Source: Lama guanicoe (lineage: Eukaryota). From it: a stretch of DNA of 64,000 nt. Location of the stretch: contig MU054391.1 in assembly GCA_013239625.1 (NCBI GenBank), positions 5,043,824-5,107,823 on the forward strand, given 5' to 3'. The notes below the pieces were generated by a model that was not told the origin of the DNA, did not search any database, and saw only the letters and a list, made by a program, of their open reading frames with translations. Shown piece by piece: positions 24,901 to 34,946 of the stretch (positions are counted from its first letter, which is position 1; every line of letters starts with the position of its first letter). A program made the position numbers and the translations under genes.

Positions 24901-27479
24901 AAATAGAACTGAGATGCTTTCTCCTCGGTGTTGACATCCTCTCCACGTTCATCGGTCTTTTTGTGGCTTGTGCAGCTTGCCTCGATCTTTCTGGCAAACG
25001 CCTCCTAAATTTTCTTGCTTCAGCAGAATCACTTGAATCACTTCAAGAGTCTGGCATTTCTACTTGTCCTGCGGTATTACATGGAAGGAAAAATAAGAGT
25101 TATCTTTCCATTCCTCACCACACTCCCCATCCAAGCTGTAATTTTAATCACCCTTTCATCTTTTTCAACAGTATGAGCAGACTGAGATGATGATTTCAGC
25201 AGTCCAACCTTTCTACGTGGCTTCGATTTCACAGTATATCGGACTTTCCATGGAAATCTTAAGTTGTTCTGCACACTGTCGTGCTTAAAAATTGTTTCCC
25301 CCAGACTATAAAAGGAATATGTGTTCATTATAAAGTATTTGGAAAATACAAAAAAATTTGAAGGAGAGATACCTCTCCTTATTCACCACCCAGAGTTCCC
25401 TGACATCTTAAACAGAGATTTGAAACAAAAACTTTATTGACCGAAGTCATTATTTTAAACCTTTATTACTGAAAAGGGGGGCGGGTAATGAGGATGTCCC
25501 TGAGATGTCATTTTTGGCCTTGATTAGTGATGGCTGTCACTGACATTTCTCAGGATATCTTCGCCAATCTCCTCCCTGACCCATTTAATCAGCAATTTCC
25601 TTCTACAAAAACGTAGAAAGACATTTCCTCAGCTGTGGGATGGGCCCAGAAAGAACTACAGGGCAGAATTAAGAACAGCTCTGAGGCAACAGAAAAGCGG
25701 AAGATGTAAAACTTTGTCTTCAAGTAGGGAAGAGGCGGTGGGGGAAAAGAGGCAACAGAGAGAGAGTTGAAGGAAAGAGAAAGAGCTGTAACTGAGTTAA
25801 TATCAGTCCATATGAAAAAGAGTCTGGATTTTTGTGGATGGCAAACTCAACGTAAGTCTAACAAGGCTACCAGCGGGGCAGACACACATCCATGCCGCCC
25901 ACCCACTGCCTTGCCACAGCTGTTTCAGGCTCTCTAAAGCTCTTTTCAATCATCAAACTCATACTCACGAGTAGAGACTGAAGACATGAAGCCCCCGCTT
26001 TACGGAAGTACACTCTAATTAAGGAGATGGGGAATATGCTAACAGAAAGTGTGATCAGCTCAGGACATCATAGGCTAAGTTCCAAGGACGTGGCAGCTCA
26101 GAAGAGTGAGTGGTCTCTGGGGACTGGTGGGGGGAGAGCAACACCCTCAAAGTCACGAAGAGGGTCAGCAGGGGTCAGGGAAGCAGTACCTCGGAGGTGG
26201 GAACTGGCATCATGTGGTCAGGAAGTTCTCAAGATTGACGTCCAAGCACACTCAGAGTTTTATATTGGAAGCATTTTTTATGGCAACTCAAGTTAGTAAG
26301 AGATTCACTGCTTTGTTCCCTTATTATTGAAGACTTGGAGCTCTCTGGTTCCAGGATCTCATCCTAGCTGAGTTGGCACCTTGAATCCCTATTGGCCCTC
26401 CGAAGCCAAAGTTCACTCATCAGCACAGATCCCCATGAGAGTGAGCAAAAGCTGGAGCAGAAAAAATAGTTAATACTGCATTAGGTCCACTGGTTAATTT
26501 TTTTAAACCCCTTCAATTGTATATGAGACTACGAATTAATGTTTAATTTTATCGTGCCATAAAAACTGCATCATTCAGATCTGCTAGTTGGTGTATGTTT
26601 TGAAATTACAAACTGTCTCCTATCTTAATCATGAAATTTAATGTCATTGTTTTCATATTTTAAATCATCAAGCTGTTTTTGCTTGCTAAAGATATATTAG
26701 AAATGTTGGTGAGCACATCAGTTAACGTTGGATTCAACTACTCTATTATTAATGATTCTACCTTCTAATTTGTCCTATATCTTTCTTTAAACCCAATGTT
26801 TCACCTAAAGATAGCTGATTTTCCATGTTTCTTATCAAGTATTAAATCTTTTCTCCTCTGCTTCCAAATTACCTACCAAGTGGTTCTTTACTGAGTTAAA
26901 TTGACTTCAACTTAATTTATTTATGCATCTGTGTATCCTTGAGCCAATACAACACTGTTTAAATTACTATCACTTAAAAAAAAAAGTTGAAATACTTTCT
27001 AGGATGAGCCTTCCTGGCCTTTTGAAGTTCCACTGTTTATCCTTCTTAGAGTTCACAGTAATTGACACCTTTCATCAATATTGAGAATTTCTCTGACATC
27101 TTAATCAAGATAAGATTTGAGCTGGTTCTCCTAGCAGGCAGGAGCATTTTAAGCAGGCATGTGAGTGAGGGATAGTCCAGAAATGACTAATCTGGTTACA
27201 TAACCAGGCTACAACTGGGAGGGGTGTAATGGAAAAGTAGATAATGCTAGTCAGATAGCAGTGTATCAAGATATCTGAAAACCAAGCCTGATGCAGCGTG
27301 CAGTCAGTATAAAACCATGGTAACCCCAGCTAGCAGAGTCCCCTGGAGGGCTCCTAGGAGACCGCTTGCCAGAAATAATGGGAAGGCGAGAGGATATCGG
27401 CTTAGGGATACACCGGGAATGTCAGCAGAGGCTTTCAGCTGTGGGACCAGACTCCATGCACTCATTCATTTATTTTACT

Positions 27480-28200
27480 CATCCAGATTCATGAGCCCCT
27501 GTTATGTGCCAAATGTCCTTGAAGAAGTGAATGATTCACTCTAAGCTTCACTCATTCAACTGACATTTATTGAAGGCTTTCTATGTGCTCGGCACTCTTC
27601 TAGACACCAGGGATACAGCAGTGAGGATAAAATCCCTGCCATCACCCCTCATGGAGCTTCTATTCCAATGGGGTGGGCAGACGAGACGCCAGCAAGTCAT
27701 CTATAGTCAGCAGACAGCGAGAAGGGCTGTGGAACAAGAGAACGTGCAGAAGAAGTTTAAGGAGCAGAGGCCAGGTAGGGGTGAGTGAAGAGGCCAGGCG
27801 CTGTTCGGAGGAAGAGCTGTTCAGGTGAAGGGGACAGTAGGTACACAGTCCCAGAGGTGGGGACTTGCATGGCCTGTATAGAGGACAGCATGGCTGGAGC
27901 AGTGTGAGCCAGGCAGGAAAGGAGGTGATACCAGAGAGACCGGGGCGGGCAGGGTCTCTTCCACCATGATGAAGATCCTGACTTTAATTCCAGGTGAGAT
28001 AGGGTTTTGACAGAGGAGGTCTACAACTGACCCATTTTAGAAAACTCATTCTACCTTCTATGTGAAAAATGGACCTTCGGGGACAACAAGGTGGGTTAGG
28101 AAACTATTTAGAAGGCTTTTGTAATAATACAGCAGAAAGGTGATAGCTTAGGGGGAACAGTAGAGGATGGAAAGAAAGTCAGGTTCTGGGTGTATTTGGA
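27480..28200 (-). mobile_element. L2 fragment; further L2 pieces at ~16040-16620, 54470-55140 and 63150-63990
   Basis: CATTCATT/CATTTATTGA 3' tail, CTATGTGC..GGCAC..TTCTAG..GGGATACAGCAGTGA motif. Confidence 0.6.
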
Positions 28201-28399
28201 ACAAGATGCCCTGGAGTACCCAGTACCAAAGCATCTGGAATATGGAAGACACACAAGGTCTATAACGGATGGAGCCAGAAGCTAGTTTATGAAACATTCT
28301 TTCAATCATTAGGCAGGTAAAACTGTAAGCGGGAGATCCACACCATCAAAAAGGAAGTTCTCTCCTATCCAAGTATACTCAAGAGAAAACCTCAGGCAA

Positions 28400-28780
28400 A
28401 TCCCAGTGGAGAGACTTTCTGAGAAATACCTGACCAACAGCCCTCCAAGCTGTCAAGGTAATTGAAAGGCAGAAGTGTCTGAGACGCCGTCACAGTCAAG
28501 AGGAGCCTAAGGAGACAGAATGACTAAATGTAATGTGTCCTACGTGGGATCCGGGGCAGAAATGGGCGTTAGGAATAAAGCTAAGGCTAAGGAAATCTGA
28601 ATAAACTGTGGACTTTAGTTAATAATAATGCATCAGTATTGGTTTATTAGTTGTGGCTAAGGTACTAAATTAATGTAAAAGGTTAAAAATTGGGAAACAC
28701 TGCGTGGGGTACGTGGGAACTCTGTACCTCCTTCACCACATTTTCTGTAAATCTAAAACCATTTTAAAACCAAAGTTTAT
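28400..28780 (+). mobile_element. Old L1 3' UTR fragment (L1MC-like)
   Basis: GGAGCCTAAGGAGAC..ATGACTAAATGTAATG...GAAATCTGAATAAA...GGGAACTCTGTAC...TTTTCTGTAAATCTAAAA. Confidence 0.7.
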
Positions 28781-30844
28781 TATATGTATGTACACACTAT
28801 TTTATAGGCATATATATAAAATTTTTATTTTAGAATATATATGTATATTTTTTACAGTGATTCAGCATTTACAATTACCAATGCAACACATGGCGTTTTT
28901 CTTTTTTGCTGGATCACACAATGTAGAATTCATCAGAATTCCTGTGCTTTTAGGACAGAAACATGGTGTTGTAGCTGTAGTGTTACTACGAGCAAATGCA
29001 GATCAGAGAGTCCAAGCAGGGGAAGGGAGAAGTAAGGACATGAGCTGAGATCACTGGAAAATAAGTATGTATTGTGGTGTCAGACAGTTGATGGAGTCTG
29101 TATCCTAGAGGGAGGGAGATGGAAAGTTGAGAGGTGGTGACACATGTCTACAGGTGGCCTGAGTAGAATGGGGGACAGGATTATTGGAGGAAGGCAGGTT
29201 AGGGACTTGGGAGGCCAGAGTGTGGGCAGGTCCTTCTGTAAGGACGCTGAAGTTGTCAAGGGTCATGTGTTGGAGAGGGACAATAACCAGGCTTTACCAT
29301 TTCCTGGTGAGGGGTGGCCAAGGGAAGCCTGTAGATGGCCGCAGCAAGGAGGGACATCGTGAGGTTCTAAACTCTGGTACTTTAGGAAGAAAGCAGGGAC
29401 AACTGTCTGCATGTGCCAGTGAGGAGGAAGGGCACCTACCTCACCTCCAGGCCCAGTGATGAGAGAGAGAAACCGGCTCCCACTTACGAGGTCTGCAAGG
29501 GAAGGGATGTCCTCGGGAGAGACTGCGTGTTCATTAGAGCAAAAGGTGGAAGAAGTTTAAGAAAATGGTGGTATTTTACTAAGAATGCCCCATGAATTCC
29601 CAGGATGGTGGCAGGTTTGGGGAAGTTGGGAAGAGAGTGAAAGATGGGCTGTCCAGAGCTGCGTGGGGGTAGCAAGGTTTCCATTTTCAATCGTGATGAA
29701 AACAGAGGTGATCTAGTAAACATAAATATACTGAAACACTGTGACTCTAGACATAAAACACACTTCCATGCAGTCAGCGTGGCAGCCTGAGTTTGAATTG
29801 TTAGCCATTCACACGGGAAGTTCCACCACCGAGCACCACCATCACGTACTAAACATACCTACGCACATTGTGGTTCATGGGTCCAGATCCCTAATGGAAT
29901 AAAATGTCAGGAGCACATGACTACTGGCCTCAGAGTCCTTAGTTCTTCATTATTAGTCAGTTTCTCCCTGAGCAAACTGATTCAGAAAATCAGATGATAG
30001 TCATCTGGGCTGATTCCTCATACTGAATTCATCTTGAATCAGTCCACTGTCCATTTTTCTGTTGTTCCGGATGAAAGCTGATAAAAAGTTTGAATTAATT
30101 TTATCTATCTACGGCCTAATATGTCCCTGAAAGAAAATTACTTCCAGGAAAATACAACGCGCCAGTATAAAGGCAGAGCAGCCCCTGTGCCTTCCTCTCT
30201 TCCTGCTTCAAATACATTTGTAAGTGGAGACTGACAACTGATTTTCTGCTTTTACAGGTTGGAGGAGGGTTCAGCAAACTTGTGGCTTATTTAATCTGCA
30301 TGTTACCTACATCCTTCATTAGAGTGGCCTCCAGGACCCAAGCACTTTGATTCAGTTTGTCTCTCTAATGTGACAGGTGGAAACTTTGGGCATCTATACC
30401 TCCGTCAACCACAAGTGGCAGCCAGTCATGAGGGCCCCTGGAAATGGAGGTCCTATAGCTAAAGGAATCTGTTTCTTTGTCTGGAGTAAATATCAGATAA
30501 TTCATGAATTTGTCTACTGTTCTACATTCATCACTCTACCTTCTTCTTTGGTTGTGCAACTTTGAACAAATGGGATGGGGAGGTTCAGGGCCCAGAGAAA
30601 AGTATCTCCTGTTTGACGCTTAGCATTCATCGTGGTGCCTGGTGCAGGGCACAAGCTCACTGAGCATTCCCTGACCAACGATGGTGAGACCGTGTCCTGA
30701 TGATGCAGCAGGAGTGGGCTGGGAGAGAGAGGTGGGGAGGATGCGGTGTGGATGGGAATTCTATGTAAAAGGAGCAGCAGGTAGGAAGCAAGGCAGAGAG
30801 ACTAGAGGAAGTGTAATTTCTCAGCGCAACTCGAGCAGAAGGGT

Positions 30845-31170
30845 GCCTCAGTCTGTTCAGACCACTGCAGCAAATTACCATAGACTGGGTGACTTGCAAA
30901 CATCAGAAACTTTTTCCTCACAATTCTGGAGGCTGGAAGTTTGACATCAGGGCACCAGTGTGGTCAGATTCTGGCGAGAGACCTCCTCCGGGGTGCAGAC
31001 TGCCATTTTTGCTGTACCCTCAAGTAGTAGATGGGGCAAGGGAGTTCTCTGGGGTCTTTTATAAGGGCACTACTCCCACTCATGAGGACCCACCCTCATG
31101 ACCTAAGCACATGCCCCAAGCCCCACCTCTGAGTACCATCACCTTGCAGGTAGGATTTAAACATGAATTT
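30845..31170. mobile_element. MaLR solo LTR (MLT1-like)
   Basis: AAATTACCATAGACTGGGTGACTT...CTCACAATTCTGGAGGCTGGAAGT...CTCATGACCTAA...ACCATCACCTTG hallmark motifs. Confidence 0.8.
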
Positions 31171-32034
31171 CCGGGGGTCTGATTCAATCTACAGCAGCAC
31201 GCGTATGCTGACAGGGGTGTGAATCAGGACAGAGAAGCATGCTGAGGGCTGAGCAGGGGTTAGACCATGGACAGCTTTTTCTGCCATACTTAAGACTTCA
31301 TTATAAAGGCTTTGGCTAACGGTTTTATTTTTGAAGCAGGAAAAAAATCCGATTTCTTTGACTTTAGAAAGATGACTCAAGGCAGCATGTTAGAGAATGA
31401 GTCAGAGGAAGACCTGCCTGGAGGATGCAAGACCCTTTGGGAGGTCGTTGCCATGAACTCGGTGAGAAACGGGGAGGCAGGGGCAGTGGAGGTGGGGTCA
31501 GTTGTCTGGAAGACGGGACACCCAGGGGCTGGCAACACGTGATGGTGGGTAAGGAAGGACGAGGTGGCGCAGTCTTCTGACTTGGGTAACTAGGGAAATG
31601 TTCGTGCCATTTACTGACACTACAAGAGGAATCACATGTTTTGGGGGGTGATGTAACAAGATGACAGGTTTGGATGTTCTGAGCTTAAGGTGCTAGTGAT
31701 TCTTTAGTGGGGAGATGTTTAGCTGGAGTTGTATATATACTGGTTTCATATGGGGTGGGGGCGGGATGGGGGTGGTTAGGAGACAGAGATCTGTGTTGGT
31801 CGCAGGACCAACGCAGAGGAGCTATGAGAACTGGGACCAGGACGAGGGGTCTTGGCGACTCAGAGGGTTACCCAGAGGCAGGAGAATAAGGAAGGAGGGC
31901 AGTTTCACAGAAGCTGAGAAAAGAACCTCAAGAAGAGAGTGGTCAACAAAGCCAAGCGCTGCAGAGACTGAATGATGCAAAAGTGGGAAACCAACCATCA
32001 CATTCATCAAAGGAGGCAAAAAAAAAAAAAAAAA

Positions 32035-32694
32035 NNNNNNNNNNNNNNNNNNNNNNNNNNNNNNNNNNNNNNNNNNNNNNNNNNNNNNNNNNNNNNNNNN
32101 NNNNNNNNNNNNNNNNNNNNNNNNNNNNNNNNNNNNNNNNNNNNNNNNNNNNNNNNNNNNNNNNNNNNNNNNNNNNNNNNNNNNNNNNNNNNNNNNNNNN
32201 NNNNNNNNNNNNNNNNNNNNNNNNNNNNNNNNNNNNNNNNNNNNNNNNNNNNNNNNNNNNNNNNNNNNNNNNNNNNNNNNNNNNNNNNNNNNNNNNNNNN
32301 NNNNNNNNNNNNNNNNNNNNNNNNNNNNNNNNNNNNNNNNNNNNNNNNNNNNNNNNNNNNNNNNNNNNNNNNNNNNNNNNNNNNNNNNNNNNNNNNNNNN
32401 NNNNNNNNNNNNNNNNNNNNNNNNNNNNNNNNNNNNNNNNNNNNNNNNNNNNNNNNNNNNNNNNNNNNNNNNNNNNNNNNNNNNNNNNNNNNNNNNNNNN
32501 NNNNNNNNNNNNNNNNNNNNNNNNNNNNNNNNNNNNNNNNNNNNNNNNNNNNNNNNNNNNNNNNNNNNNNNNNNNNNNNNNNNNNNNNNNNNNNNNNNNN
32601 NNNNNNNNNNNNNNNNNNNNNNNNNNNNNNNNNNNNNNNNNNNNNNNNNNNNNNNNNNNNNNNNNNNNNNNNNNNNNNNNNNNNNNNNNNNNNN
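32035..32694. other. Assembly gap (660 N) flanked on both sides by poly(A)
   Basis: Run of N read directly. Confidence 0.99.
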
Positions 32695-34904
32695 AAAAAA
32701 AAAAAAAAAAAAAACCCCACCCAAAACCAAAACAATGACCCTTGCAGAAATGGTTCAGCAGAGCACTGGGGACAACTAAGGAGGCAGCGGTGTGGGGCTG
32801 ACCCTTTTCAGAAGCTGTATTATAAAGGTTCAGGATTGCAGGATATATTTCCAGTACTTGTTAATTTCTCTCTCTCTCCTTTTTTTTTTTTTTTTTTTTT
32901 CTTTTTTTTTATTATGACTCATGCATTGAAGAGGTGTGGAGAGAGAAACAGGAGCTCTGCTTTCGTGGGGGACTGGCAGCCCCTTCGGCCATCTGAGGGC
33001 CTCATCTCCTCACCGGCCCTCGGTCTCTGGGTGCTGGGCAGCTGACCTCCCACCGATGGCTGTAAACAGCTGGCAGTTAAGCTCAGATCTTAGGCCTGTT
33101 TTTATCAGGCTGCTCTCACGCTCGCTCTGCCAAAAGGGATGCCACCGAGCGAAGGGCATCCTGTAAGGGCGTCCAGCTCTGGCCTTCCGCTGGCGAGAGT
33201 CTCAGCCTGTGCTCGTGGACACTGCCAGTGTCGCCTGGGAGGAGGAGACAAAAAAGAGGACGCAACACAAAACAAAGCACGTGTGAAAAATAAAAGATAC
33301 ATCATAATAGAAAGGATTTTCCCAGTAAAGAGAAGTGCCACATTTCATGACACCAGAAACCTGAGCTGATGTCTGGCCCCAACCACACGACCCATCCATT
33401 ACAAGCACTGAGAAAACAGGCGGCTTTTATTTTTTAAATCACGTAGCTAAGCTTATAAGAAAGCAGGTGACCAAATGAAAAGCTTACCCAAAGAGGCTCC
33501 CATTGACACGGCTGTGACTTCTCAGGAGGGAGGGGAAGGGAAGGCTGGGGCAGGTAAGCTGGCCTGATGTGCAACGTTCTTCTTATGAGAAAAAAGACAA
33601 AGTAAACCTAATGCGGCAAAGGGGAAACGTCTGTTCAGTCTGAGCGGTGGACGCGGGGATCTGTTATGTTGTTCTGGATGGAACTATATGCTGGAAATAT
33701 TTCATGAAGTCTTATTTTCCAAACATTAGCTAAACTCATTTTTTCCCTTATTATTCCTTTCTCTAATGGGGGGGGGTACGATATTGTTAAATAGGAAGTC
33801 AGCACAGGGCAGCGCTGAACTTGCAGGACTCCTGCTGTTTTTATTCTATTTGTGTGTAACACTGTAAAATTCTGGACATGCTTTTCTTTCTTCCTCTACT
33901 TAACTCCCCTGTCAGCCCAGTAAAGCACTTCCTCACAAACCCAAGTGCCACCTCCTCCGTGCAGCCCTCCGTAATCCAAATGCCCTTCTGCAAGCCTCTA
34001 ATAAACACACACTATGTCATCCGGGTACCATTTACCGGTGCCTCAAAGGCAAGAGCCGTGATTAATTCTTTAGTCACCCAGCACATTGGGTCAGAACTCA
34101 TTAAATTACCGTGGAATGAAGAATTGAAAGAAAAATACAGAACATACAATGTTCACCCATATACAGCAGGAGTCCGTCATCACCTGGCCCTTGGCCTTCC
34201 TGACTGAGCGAATCAAGTTACCCTCGCTGGCGTGCCTGTCGGGACACACTCGTGAGGGCTGGACCGGCTGCAGCTCTGAGTGCCGCGTCCCCACAGCTGT
34301 CGGTCACGGCTCAATTTCAGCACAGGATCTCAAAACAGGGTCATTTAAATCTGCTATCAAGTCGAAGGCCTTCCAGCCAGAAAGCACCAACACTGGGCTT
34401 TTCGTATGCATTTCGCCTAGCATTTCTGTCCAACAGCACAAGTTATGTAAGATGTCTTCCCTGCAGCCGTTCACAACGTATCTGTAAGGGCCAGGAAGGA
34501 CACTGCAAAGTTCCCTTAAGTTTGTACTCATGGTGCAGAAATGGAGTAGGGGTCTCAGAACTCTGCTTCTCAAAAGCCAAGACCAGATCCAGATAAGCCC
34601 AGTGCAAGTACTAACAGCAGGACTGGGGAAGCCAACGCTTTTTCTTTGTTAACTGAGAACAGTCAGCGTCACCTTCACTGTCTAAGTCTGTTTTGAGAAT
34701 ACAAGATACTATACACTAACTTAAGGCTGTTTTCATTGCCTTCCAAAGTGTTTATCACGTGACAATAGTTTCTTTTAAATGATCTTTAAAGAGTCAATGA
34801 CTCCTGTGAGTATTACCATCCAATTAAAGACTCCTTCAATAAGACCATTGCTTTTCATGACAGACCTGACATTCAGTTCTAGAGATGTAATTTAAAGTCT
34901 CTGA

Positions 34905-34946
34905 AATTAGCAAACACACACATGTATTTTTAAACTACCGTTTAAT
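34905..34946 (-). terminator. MBOAT2: Candidate distal polyadenylation site of MBOAT2 (ATTAAA 34946-34941, downstream TGTGTGTTT)
   Basis: Hexamer with a GU-rich downstream element ~20-30 nt later. Confidence 0.5.

Larger units (their letters stand above)
24825..34481 (-). pseudogene. Candidate decayed multi-exon gene or spliced non-coding transcript between MBOAT2 and KIDINS220, possibly DH-PH RhoGEF-like
   Basis: About 14 exon-like units with polypyrimidine-AG acceptors and mostly GT donors, all on the minus strand; consecutive 63/135/72/108-nt phase-2 exons join in one frame with few stops; see findings. Confidence 0.4.

Noticed and set aside
25548..25559. ATATCCTG resembling a U12 (AT-AC) donor in the candidate relic exon
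   Set aside because: Imperfect match to ATATCCTTT, and no downstream AC acceptor gave a sensible frame
26380..30126. Alternative phase-0 reading of the relic exons (ENQLKSYLD*DVREILNIDERCQLL*...LLLTLMGICADE*...)
   Set aside because: Protein-like by eye but has about as many stops as random sequence; the phase-2 frame is much more open
31822..33045. ORFs of 240-357 aa
   Set aside because: Artefacts of translating through the N gap and the poly(A) flanks
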